From contig CACKIH010000001.1 of the NCBI GenBank assembly GCA_902600225.1, positions 37,370-101,369 on the forward strand: a DNA stretch of 64,000 bases, in the 5' to 3' direction. The position numbers and the translations under genes were made by a program. The notes beneath the pieces are model-generated. The model searched no databases, was not told where the DNA came from, and saw nothing but the letters and a program-made list of their open reading frames with translations. Source of the stretch: an uncultured Alphaproteobacteria bacterium. GTDB taxonomy: Bacteria; Pseudomonadota; Alphaproteobacteria; HIMB59; GCA-002718135. Position 1 is the stretch's first letter. Each line of letters starts with the position of its first letter. This document shows positions 55,809 to 64,000 of the stretch, piece by piece.

Positions 55809-56279
55809 ATGTCTAGAAGAAGAGCAGCTGAAAAAAGAACTATACTTCCTGATCATAAATTTAAGGACCTTGTCTTAGCTAAATTTATGAATAGAATAAT
55901 GCTTGATGGCAAAAAGTCTACTTCAGAAAAAATTGTCTACGGTGCTTTTGACTTAGTATCAAAAAAGACAGATAAAGAATCTATAGAATTTTTTCATGAA
56001 GCACTAAACAATGTTAAGCCATCTTTAGAGGTTAGATCTAGAAGAGTTGGAGGAGCAACATACCAAGTGCCAATGGAAGTTAGACCAAAAAGAGCTCAAA
56101 CTCTTGCAATGAAATGGATCGTTGACTCTGCGTTAAAAAGAAACGAAAAAACTATGAAAGAAAGAGTTGCAAATGAAATAATCGATGCCTTTAATAATAA
56201 AGGGAATGCCGTAAAGAAAAGAGAAGAAACTCATAAAATGGCAGATGCAAATAGAGCATTCTCTCATTTCAGATGGTAA
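55809..56279 (+). CDS. rpsG: 30S ribosomal protein S7
   Basis: [20 protein letters not shown]. Confidence 0.98.
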   Translation: MSRRRAAEKRTILPDHKFKDLVLAKFMNRIMLDGKKSTSEKIVYGAFDLVSKKTDKESIEFFHEALNNVKPSLEVRSRRVGGATYQVPMEVRPKRAQTLAMKWIVDSALKRNEKTMKERVANEIIDAFNNKGNAVKKREETHKMADANRAFSHFRW

Positions 56280-56285
56280 AAAAAA

Positions 56286-58364
56286 ATGACTAGATCTCAC
56301 CCATTATCAAAATACAGAAACATTGGTATCATGGCACATATTGATGCTGGCAAAACAACAACCACTGAAAGAATTTTGTACTATACAGGTAAATCTCACA
56401 AAATTGGTGAAGTTCATGATGGAGCCGCAACAATGGATTGGATGGAACAAGAACAAGAAAGAGGTATAACTATCACTTCAGCTGCTACAACGTGTTTTTG
56501 GAAAGATCATAGAATAAATATAATAGATACGCCGGGGCACGTTGATTTTACTATCGAAGTTGAGCGATCTCTGAAAGTTCTAGATGGAGCTGTCGCTGTT
56601 TTTGATGGAGTTGCAGGTGTTGAGCCTCAATCTGAAACTGTCTGGAGACAAGCAGATAAATATAAAGTTCCTAGAATGTGCTTTGTGAACAAGTTAGACA
56701 GAACAGGTGCTAATTTTTTTATGTGTGTTGATATGATTTCAGATCGTTTAGGGTCCTATCCTCTAGTTACACAATTACCAATTGGAATTGAGAGTAATCT
56801 TAAAGGTGTTGTAGATTTAGTTTCTAACAATGCGATAGTTTGGCAAGATGAAAGTTTAGGAGCTAAATTTGATATTGTTGAAATACCTGAGGATCTTAAA
56901 GAACAATCTGCAGAGTACAGACTTAAATTAATAGAAAAAGCTGTAGAGGAAGATGACTCAATAATGGAAAATTACCTGGAAGGTAAAGAACCAACCATTG
57001 AAGAGCTAAAGTTATGTATTAGAAAAGGTACTTTAAATGGCTCATTTGTTCCTGTGCTAACTGGATCAGCATTTAAAAATAAAGGTGTCCAACCCCTTTT
57101 AGACGCAGTTATTGACTATATGCCATCACCTACTGACGTTGCTAATGTAAAAGGTGTTGATGTTGATGATAACACAAAAGAATTATCAAGAAAATGTGAA
57201 GATAATGAACCTTTCAGTGCATTAGCTTTTAAAATAATGACTGATCCATTTGTTGGCAGTTTGACATTCGCTAGAATTTATTCAGGCACAATAAATACAA
57301 AAGATAGTGTTTTAAATTCTAATTCAGGAAAAAAAGAAAATATAGGTAGAATGCTATTAATGCACGCAAATAATAGAGAAGAAATAAAAATAGCAAATGC
57401 TGGTGATATTGTTGCATTGGTTGGGCTTAAAGATGTTACAACAGGTGAGACTTTATGTTCATCTGACAACCCAATAGTTTTAGAAAAAATGGATTTTCCT
57501 GATCCAGTAATTGAAGTTGCTGTTGAGCCCAAAACTAAGGTTGATCATGAAAAAATGGGTCAAGCTCTGGGAAGATTAGCTCAAGAGGACCCAAGTTTTA
57601 GAGTTACTACTGATCACGAAAGTGGTCAAACTATAATTAAGGGTATGGGTGAGCTTCATCTTGAAATTCTAGTTGATAGAATGAAAAGAGAGTTTAAAGT
57701 AGAAGCAAATGTTGGAGCACCACAAGTTGCATACCGAGAAACAATATCAAACACATACGATGTCGATTATACTCATAAAAAACAATCTGGCGGTGCCGGT
57801 CAATTTGCAAGAGTTAAAATTAAGTTTGAACCTGGAGAACCAGGAAGTGGTTATGAATTTATAAATCAAATTAAAGGTGGAAATATACCTACCGAACATA
57901 TTCCTGGTGTTGAAAAAGGTCTAATTGCACAACAACAAACCGGTGTTATCGCAGGTTTCCCATGTATAGACTTTAAAGCCACTTTATATGATGGCGCTTA
58001 TCACGATGTAGATTCAAGTGTACTTGCTTTTGAAATCGCCTCAAGGGCTGCATTTAGAGAAGGCATAGCAAAAGCTAAACCAGTATTACTTGAGCCTATG
58101 ATGAAAGTTGAAGTTGTAACCCCTGAAGAGTATATGGGAGATGTTATTGGTGACCTAAATAGTAGAAGAGGTCAAGTTCAGGAGATGTCCACCAGAGGTA
58201 ACGCAAATGTTGTAGATGCAATGGTTCCGCTTGCAAATATGTTTGGTTATGTAAACAATCTAAGGTCATTGTCTCAAGGTAGAGCTAATTATACAATGCA
58301 GTTTGATCATTATGAAGAAGTTCCCTCAAATGTTGCTGAGGAAGTAAAGGCAAAGTTAGCATAA
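56286..58364 (+). CDS. fusA: Elongation factor G
   Basis: [28 protein letters not shown]. Confidence 0.99.
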   Translation: MTRSHPLSKYRNIGIMAHIDAGKTTTTERILYYTGKSHKIGEVHDGAATMDWMEQEQERGITITSAATTCFWKDHRINIIDTPGHVDFTIEVERSLKVLDGAVAVFDGVAGVEPQSETVWRQADKYKVPRMCFVNKLDRTGANFFMCVDMISDRLGSYPLVTQLPIGIESNLKGVVDLVSNNAIVWQDESLGAKFDIVEIPEDLKEQSAEYRLKLIEKAVEEDDSIMENYLEGKEPTIEELKLCIRKGTLNGSFVPVLTGSAFKNKGVQPLLDAVIDYMPSPTDVANVKGVDVDDNTKELSRKCEDNEPFSALAFKIMTDPFVGSLTFARIYSGTINTKDSVLNSNSGKKENIGRMLLMHANNREEIKIANAGDIVALVGLKDVTTGETLCSSDNPIVLEKMDFPDPVIEVAVEPKTKVDHEKMGQALGRLAQEDPSFRVTTDHESGQTIIKGMGELHLEILVDRMKREFKVEANVGAPQVAYRETISNTYDVDYTHKKQSGGAGQFARVKIKFEPGEPGSGYEFINQIKGGNIPTEHIPGVEKGLIAQQQTGVIAGFPCIDFKATLYDGAYHDVDSSVLAFEIASRAAFREGIAKAKPVLLEPMMKVEVVTPEEYMGDVIGDLNSRRGQVQEMSTRGNANVVDAMVPLANMFGYVNNLRSLSQGRANYTMQFDHYEEVPSNVAEEVKAKLA

Positions 58365-58672
58365 TGGAAAATCAAAATATTAGAATAAGACTTAGAGGTT
58401 ATGATAACTCTCTGTTAGATACCAGTACGCAAGATATAATTAATACTGCTAAAAGAACAGGTGCTAAAGTTAAAGGCCCCATACCACTTCCCACAAGATT
58501 TGAAAGATTTACTGTAAACAAATCACCACACATAGATAAAAAAAGTAGAGATCAATTAGAAATTAGAACACATAATCGTCTTTTAGACATAATAGATCCA
58601 ACACCTCAGACTGTCGATGCTTTAATGAAGCTTGACTTATCTGCTGGTGTAGAAGTGGATATAAAAATTTAA
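58364..58672 (+). CDS. rpsJ: 30S ribosomal protein S10
   Basis: [23 protein letters not shown]. Confidence 0.98.
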   Translation: MENQNIRIRLRGYDNSLLDTSTQDIINTAKRTGAKVKGPIPLPTRFERFTVNKSPHIDKKSRDQLEIRTHNRLLDIIDPTPQTVDALMKLDLSAGVEVDIKI

Positions 58673-58673
58673 A

Positions 58674-59321
58674 ATGCTTAGATCGGGTTTAATAGCTACT
58701 AAAATTGGTAATAGTTCGTTCTATCATGAAGATGGAAAGAATACACATGTAACTATTTTGAAAGTTGATGAATGTATAGTTGCCAGAACTAAAACATTTG
58801 ACAAAGATGGCTATAATGCAGTTCAACTTACCTCAGTTGAAACTGATAAAGACATATCACATATAAATAAACCACAAAGAAAAATTTTCTCATCAATTAA
58901 TATTAAACCAAAAAAAATTCTCAAAGAATTTAGAGTTGACAATAATAATATTTTAGAAGTTGGAACTAAACTTGATGTAAATCACTTTAAAGTAGACCAA
59001 TTTGTTGACGCAAGCAGTATTTCTATAGGTAAGGGTTTTGCGGGTGTAATGAAAAGACATAATTTTGGTGGACTTAGGGCGTCACATGGTGTGTCGATCT
59101 CACATAGATCACACGGATCAACTGGCCAAAACCAAGATCCTGGTAGAGTTTTTAAAGGTAAAAAGATGGCCGGTAGGATGGGTAATAAAAAAGTAACTAA
59201 ACAAAACTTAAAAGTTATTGATGTTGACATTGAAAACAACCTTTTAATGATTAAAGGTTCTATACCAGGTAAAAAAAACTCAATTGTCTATCTTAAAGAC
59301 TCAGTTAAAAAATCAAAATGA
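58674..59321 (+). CDS. rplC: 50S ribosomal protein L3
   Basis: DGYNAVQ, GKGFAGVMKRHNF, SHRSHGSTG, GKKMAG. Confidence 0.98.
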   Translation: MLRSGLIATKIGNSSFYHEDGKNTHVTILKVDECIVARTKTFDKDGYNAVQLTSVETDKDISHINKPQRKIFSSINIKPKKILKEFRVDNNNILEVGTKLDVNHFKVDQFVDASSISIGKGFAGVMKRHNFGGLRASHGVSISHRSHGSTGQNQDPGRVFKGKKMAGRMGNKKVTKQNLKVIDVDIENNLLMIKGSIPGKKNSIVYLKDSVKKSK

Positions 59322-59941
59322 AAATATCAGTTCTTAATTTAAAAAATAAATCTGTAGGAGATATTGACTTGGATTCAAATATATTTGGAGTAAAAACTTT
59401 TCCTGATTTGATACATCAATATATTAGGTATCAAAATGCAAAGTCTAGGCAAGGTTCACATAAAACTAAAAATAGATCTGAAGTAAGTGGACGTAGTAAG
59501 AAACCTTTTTCACAAAAAGGGACTGGTAATGCTAGACAGGGTAGTAATAAACCTCCTAACTTTAGAGGTGGGGCTGTTTCTATGGGTCCTCAAAATAGAA
59601 ATTATTCTTTTAATTTGAACAAAAAAGAAAAAAAATTAGCTTTAAAGTCAGCTCTATCTACAAAGTTAATAGATGAAAAAGTTGTCATTATTGATACTTT
59701 TGAAATTAAAAGTTTTAAAACAAAAGAACTACACTCAGACCTTAAACAATTTGACTATAGATCTGCTTTGTTTATTCACTCTGAAACCGGAATAGATAAA
59801 AATTTTAAATTAGCATCTGCTAACATACCTAAAATATCAATACTAAGTCAAAAAGGTATTAATGTTAAAGATTTAATTAGTTTTGATAAAATTTTTATTG
59901 AGCAAAAATCTTTAAATGAAATAACAAAGAGGCTTTCATGA
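59318..59941 (+). CDS. rplD: 50S ribosomal protein L4
   Basis: QKGTGNARQG, RGGA...GP. Confidence 0.97.
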   Translation: MKISVLNLKNKSVGDIDLDSNIFGVKTFPDLIHQYIRYQNAKSRQGSHKTKNRSEVSGRSKKPFSQKGTGNARQGSNKPPNFRGGAVSMGPQNRNYSFNLNKKEKKLALKSALSTKLIDEKVVIIDTFEIKSFKTKELHSDLKQFDYRSALFIHSETGIDKNFKLASANIPKISILSQKGINVKDLISFDKIFIEQKSLNEITKRLS

Positions 59942-60255
59942 AAAACAAATTTAAACAGATTTCTCTTAATAAAGCTTACGAAATTATAAAAAGACCAATA
60001 ACAACTGAAAAATCAACTAACTTACAACAGTTTAACCAATATTCTTTCATAGTATCTAAAAATTCAAATTCTTTTCAGATTAAAAATGCAATTGAGGCTA
60101 TTTTCAAAGTCAAAGTAAGCAAAGTAAATACATCAATTTTAAGAGGTAAAGGTAAAACATTTAAGGGTCAATATGGGTTTAGGAAAGATACCAAAAGAGC
60201 AATAGTAACACTAATTGAAGGTAATACAATAGATTCATCATTGGAGATTAAGTAA
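59938..60255 (+). CDS. rplW: 50S ribosomal protein L23
   Basis: PITTEKS, IK.AIE.IF.VKV..VNT, K.AIVTL. Confidence 0.96.
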   Translation: MKNKFKQISLNKAYEIIKRPITTEKSTNLQQFNQYSFIVSKNSNSFQIKNAIEAIFKVKVSKVNTSILRGKGKTFKGQYGFRKDTKRAIVTLIEGNTIDSSLEIK

Positions 60256-61076
60256 TGTTATTAAAGTTTAAACCAACAACACCAGGTTTGAGAGGCACTG
60301 TTCTTGTGTCAAAAAAAGAACTATCTAAAGAAAAACCTCATAAATCTCTTACGAAAAAGTTTAAATCAACTGGAGGAAGAAATAACCAAGGAAGAATTAC
60401 TTCAAGAAGAATGGGTGGAGGAGTAAAAAGAAAATATAGAGTTATAGACTTTAAACGATCTAAAACTGATATATTTGCAGAAGTAATTAGAAATGAATAC
60501 GATCCTAACCGGTCAGCTTTTATATCTTTATTAAAATATGAAGATGGTGAGCATAGTTATATTATTTCTCCTAAAAATATTAAAATTGGTGAAAAAATAG
60601 TTTCTGGTGAAAACGTTGCAATAAAAAATGGAAACTCTTTACCTTTAAATAACATACCTGTGGGTACCAATATTCATAATATTGAATTAAAACCTGGGGC
60701 AGGAGGTCAGTTAATTAGATCTGCAGGTTCTTCTGCACAGATTGTATCTAAAGAGCAACCTTTCGTTCAAATAAAATTAATTTCAGGTGAAATAAGACAT
60801 ATTAATAAAAATTGTAGAGCTACAATAGGTGAGGTATCTAATTCTGATCAAAAAAATATCAAACTTGGTAAGGCAGGTAGAAAAAGGTATTTAGGATTTA
60901 GACCAAAAGTAAGAGGCGTTGTAATGAACCCTGTTGATCATCCACATGGTGGTGGAGAAGGAAGAACATCTGGTGGTAGAGATCCTGTTACTCCTTGGGG
61001 TGTTTCAACTAAAGGTAAAAAAACAAGAAATAATAAGAAAACGGACATGTATATAATTAGAAGGAAGAAAAAATAA
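60255..61076 (+). CDS. rplB: 50S ribosomal protein L2
   Basis: [31 protein letters not shown]. Confidence 0.99.
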   Translation: MLLKFKPTTPGLRGTVLVSKKELSKEKPHKSLTKKFKSTGGRNNQGRITSRRMGGGVKRKYRVIDFKRSKTDIFAEVIRNEYDPNRSAFISLLKYEDGEHSYIISPKNIKIGEKIVSGENVAIKNGNSLPLNNIPVGTNIHNIELKPGAGGQLIRSAGSSAQIVSKEQPFVQIKLISGEIRHINKNCRATIGEVSNSDQKNIKLGKAGRKRYLGFRPKVRGVVMNPVDHPHGGGEGRTSGGRDPVTPWGVSTKGKKTRNNKKTDMYIIRRKKK

Positions 61077-61357
61077 TGACTAGATCAGTTTGGAAAGGAC
61101 CTTTCGTAGATATTACATTAATTAAAAAAGCTGAGAAGTTATCTCAATCTGGAAGAAAAGAGGTTTTAAAAACATGGTCAAGAAGATCGACTATTCTTCC
61201 GCAGTTTGTAGGACTAACTTTCGGTGTTTACAATGGACAAAAATTTGTACCTGTAACAATTAATGAGCAAATGGTTGGTCACAAATTAGGTGAATTTTCT
61301 CCTACTAGATCTTTTAAAGGCCACACAGCTGCAGATAAGAAAGCAGAACAGAAATGA
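61076..61357 (+). CDS. rpsS: 30S ribosomal protein S19
   Basis: [25 protein letters not shown]. Confidence 0.99.
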   Translation: MTRSVWKGPFVDITLIKKAEKLSQSGRKEVLKTWSRRSTILPQFVGLTFGVYNGQKFVPVTINEQMVGHKLGEFSPTRSFKGHTAADKKAEQK

Positions 61358-61722
61358 ATAAAAATCTAACAGCAATTGCTAAAGATAATATGGTAAGGAT
61401 AAGTCCTACAAAACTAACTATTTTAGTTAATAGTATTGTAAATATGAAGGCTAGTTCCGCAATAAATCAATTAAAATTCTCTTCCAAAAGAGTATCTGGA
61501 ACAATTTTAAAAGTACTTAATGCTGCTATTGCAAATGCAGAAAACAATAAGCAACTAGACATAGACAAACTTTTTGTTAAAGAAGCCTTTGTTGGTAAAA
61601 GTTTAAGAATGAAAAGGTGGAGACCTCGAGCAAAAGGTAGAGCCGCTTCTATCATTAAGCCATTTAGTAAAGTAACAATCGTTGTTGAAGAAAGAGCAGA
61701 AATAAATAAGGAAACAAAATAA
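61354..61722 (+). CDS. rplV: 50S ribosomal protein L22
   Basis: [23 protein letters not shown]. Confidence 0.97.
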   Translation: MNKNLTAIAKDNMVRISPTKLTILVNSIVNMKASSAINQLKFSSKRVSGTILKVLNAAIANAENNKQLDIDKLFVKEAFVGKSLRMKRWRPRAKGRAASIIKPFSKVTIVVEERAEINKETK

Positions 61723-62399
61723 TGGGACAAAAAGTAAATCCTTACGGCATCAGACTTGGTATTAATAAAACCTGGTCATCAAGATGGTTTTCTAAAAATG
61801 AATATACAAAGTTATTACATCAAGATTTGGAAATAAAAAAATATGTAGAAAAAAAATTAAAAAATGCAAGTATTTCAAAAATTAATATTGAAAGAGCCGC
61901 TAAAAAACTAAGACTATCTATCTATAGTTCAAGGCCTGGTATTATCATTGGAAAAAAGGGTGCTGATATTGAAACACTTAAAAATGATCTCTCTAAAATG
62001 TCAAATCTCGAAGTATTTCTTGATATAAAAGAAGTCAGGAAACCAGAAGTAGAAGCTAGATTAGTTGCAGAAAATATTGCGTCTCAGTTAGAAAAAAGAA
62101 TATCATTTAGGCGAGCAATGAAAAAAGCTGTGCAATCAGCAATGCGATTAGGTGCTAAAGGAGTAAAGGTTGTTTGCAGTGGAAGATTAGGCGGTGCAGA
62201 AATTGCTAGAACCGAAAAATATCACGAAGGTAGTGTTCCATTACATACGCTTAGAGGTGATATAGATTATGCTACTGCAGAAGCAGAAACAACCTATGGG
62301 ATCTGTGGAATAAAAGTTTGGATCAATAAAGGAGAAATATTATTAAAAGACCCATATGCAAGTGAGAAAAAACAGATTGATCAAGGGAGCGTTAGATAA
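61722..62399 (+). CDS. rpsC: 30S ribosomal protein S3
   Basis: [27 protein letters not shown]. Confidence 0.99.
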   Translation: MGQKVNPYGIRLGINKTWSSRWFSKNEYTKLLHQDLEIKKYVEKKLKNASISKINIERAAKKLRLSIYSSRPGIIIGKKGADIETLKNDLSKMSNLEVFLDIKEVRKPEVEARLVAENIASQLEKRISFRRAMKKAVQSAMRLGAKGVKVVCSGRLGGAEIARTEKYHEGSVPLHTLRGDIDYATAEAETTYGICGIKVWINKGEILLKDPYASEKKQIDQGSVR

Positions 62400-62815
62400 T
62401 GAACATGTTATCACCTAAAAAGACTAAATTTAGAAAACAATTTAAAGGTAGAATTCATGGTGCTTCTAAAGGTAACTATGCTCTTAATTATGGTAGTTAT
62501 GGTTTAAAGGCCATGGAGCCAGAAAGAGTTACTTCAAGACAAATTGAAGCTGCTAGAAAAGCAATAACAAGATATTTGAAAAGAGCAGGTAGAATGTGGA
62601 TTAGAATCTTTCCAGATGTTCCAGTATCAAAGAAGCCAGCTGAGGTAAGAATGGGTAAAGGAAAAGGGTCAATTGAATACTGGGCTTGTAGAGTAAAACC
62701 AGGAAGAATTATGTTTGAAGTTGATGGCGTAAATATAAATGATGCAAGAAAGGCCATGACTTTAGCAGCTGCAAAGCTTCCTATTAAATGTAAATTTGTT
62801 GAAAGAAATATCTAA
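62399..62815 (+). CDS. rplP: 50S ribosomal protein L16
   Basis: [22 protein letters not shown]; the start may be 62405. Confidence 0.98.
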   Translation: MNMLSPKKTKFRKQFKGRIHGASKGNYALNYGSYGLKAMEPERVTSRQIEAARKAITRYLKRAGRMWIRIFPDVPVSKKPAEVRMGKGKGSIEYWACRVKPGRIMFEVDGVNINDARKAMTLAAAKLPIKCKFVERNI

Positions 62816-63009
62816 TGAATAAAAAAGTTAATATTGATAACAAAAAAATTAAAGATGAAATGTTGCAATTAAAGAAAACATTAATGAACTTAAATTTTCA
62901 AAAATCTTCTGGTCAGTTAGAAAAAACATCTAAAATTAAAGATACAAAAAAGCAAATTGCCAGATTGAACACAAAATTATCAAATATAAATGGAGAGAAT
63001 AATGCCTAA
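62815..63009 (+). CDS. rpmC: 50S ribosomal protein L29
   Basis: LKK.LMNL.FQ...GQL......IAR..T; position after rplP. Confidence 0.9.
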   Translation: MNKKVNIDNKKIKDEMLQLKKTLMNLNFQKSSGQLEKTSKIKDTKKQIARLNTKLSNINGENNA

Positions 63010-63247
63010 AAGAATTTTATCAGGAGTAGTTGTTTCTTCAAACTCAAATAAAACCATTACTGTAGACGTAAATAGAAGAATTAAACACAAACTTTATAAA
63101 AAAATAATTAGGCAAACAAAAAAATATCATGCGCATGATGAGAATAATGAGTTTAATGTTGGGGATATGGTTTCAATAATTGAGTCTAAACCAATATCTA
63201 AGTTAAAAAAATGGAGAGCGATCTCAAATACAGGAAAAAAACCGTGA
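63002..63247 (+). CDS. rpsQ: 30S ribosomal protein S17
   Basis: MPKRIL.G.VVS, H..YKK, AHDE.N, PISK.K.W; start at 63002. Confidence 0.97.
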   Translation: MPKRILSGVVVSSNSNKTITVDVNRRIKHKLYKKIIRQTKKYHAHDENNEFNVGDMVSIIESKPISKLKKWRAISNTGKKP

Positions 63248-63612
63248 TTCAAATGCAATCAAAACTTTTTGTTGCTGATAATTCAGGCGCAAGAACTATA
63301 CAATGTATAAAAGTCTTAGGAGGTTCTAAAAGAAGATCCGCTTCAATTGGTGACATAATTGTTGTCTCAATTAAAGATGCATTACCTAGAGCAAAAGTAA
63401 AAAAAGGTGATGTGTATAAAGCAGTAATAGTTAGAACTTCTAAAGATTTTAAAAGACCTGACGGATCCGCAATTAGATTTGATAAAAATGCTGCAGTTCT
63501 ACTTGATAAACAAGAAGAACCAATAGCAACAAGAATATTTGGACCAGTAACAAGAGAACTAAGAAGTAAAAAATTTATGAAAATAATTAGTTTAGCACCT
63601 GAGGTAATTTAA
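63244..63612 (+). CDS. rplN: 50S ribosomal protein L14
   Basis: GTG start [30 protein letters not shown]. Confidence 0.98.
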   Translation: MIQMQSKLFVADNSGARTIQCIKVLGGSKRRSASIGDIIVVSIKDALPRAKVKKGDVYKAVIVRTSKDFKRPDGSAIRFDKNAAVLLDKQEEPIATRIFGPVTRELRSKKFMKIISLAPEVI

Positions 63613-63926
63613 TGAATAAAAAATTTAAATTAAAAAAAGGAGATGAGGTAATTGTGCTTGCTGGTAAAGATAAAGGTAAAACAGGAAAAATTATAAAAAT
63701 GGTACCAAAACAAATGAAAGCGGTTGTCTCAGAAATAAATAAAGTCAAAAAGAACCAAAAACCAGACAATAATCAACCAGGCGGTATCATTGATAAAGAA
63801 ATGCCCATACACATATCAAATCTATCATTTTATGATCCTGAATTAAAAAAAGGTATCAGAATTGGCTATAAACTTGATAAAAATAAGAAAGTAAGAGTTA
63901 ATAAATCTTCAGGTAAGGAAATTTAA
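63612..63926 (+). CDS. rplX: 50S ribosomal protein L24
   Basis: KKGD.V.V.AGKDKGK.G, E.PIH.SN. Confidence 0.97.
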   Translation: MNKKFKLKKGDEVIVLAGKDKGKTGKIIKMVPKQMKAVVSEINKVKKNQKPDNNQPGGIIDKEMPIHISNLSFYDPELKKGIRIGYKLDKNKKVRVNKSSGKEI

Positions 63927-64000
63927 TGAGTAGACTTTTAGAAGAATACAAAAATCAAATTAGGCATGAATTAAAGTCTAAACTTGATCTTAAAAATATA
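63926..64000 (+). CDS. rplE: 50S ribosomal protein L5 (3'-truncated by window)
   Basis: MSRLLEEYKNQIRHEL...; follows rplX through a TAATG overlap. Confidence 0.85.
   Translation, partial: MSRLLEEYKNQIRHELKSKLDLKNI

Overview
AT-rich, densely packed core-genome segment of a streamlined Alphaproteobacterium. A SAR11/HIMB59-like marine lineage is inferred from composition, gene content and gene order, not from a database search. From left to right it holds: the 3' part of cfa; trcR/rpmE/suhB/efp; gap-tkt; zapA-ygfA-ymdB-yebC; tol-pal-cpoB-tilS-ftsH-glmM-hisZ-purA; rpoH-rluD; xseB-tlyA; aroC-fabI-pdxH; pyrE/USP/TSUP/YeiH; a molybdopterin/tungsten formate dehydrogenase cluster; four tRNAs; tuf-secE-nusG-rplKAJL-rpoBC; and the str/S10/spc ribosomal protein operons. 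No mobile element, CRISPR array or rRNA was seen. The most striking observation is a 97-aa PD-(D/E)xK nuclease with archaeal/phage Hjc-type Holliday-junction-resolvase motifs, sitting exactly where ruvC-ruvA-ruvB-ybgC normally lie between yebC and tolQ, which suggests in situ replacement of RuvABC. Other notable signals are a recurring TAnnnn hexamer exactly 6 nt before the ATG of many operon-first genes (probable leaderless mRNAs), clean absence of conserved operon members from their usual sites (pgk/fba, 6S RNA, folP, serC/serA, ispA/dxs, second tuf), a two-subunit W-type FDH with an orphan TupB, and a 40-aa lipoprotein.
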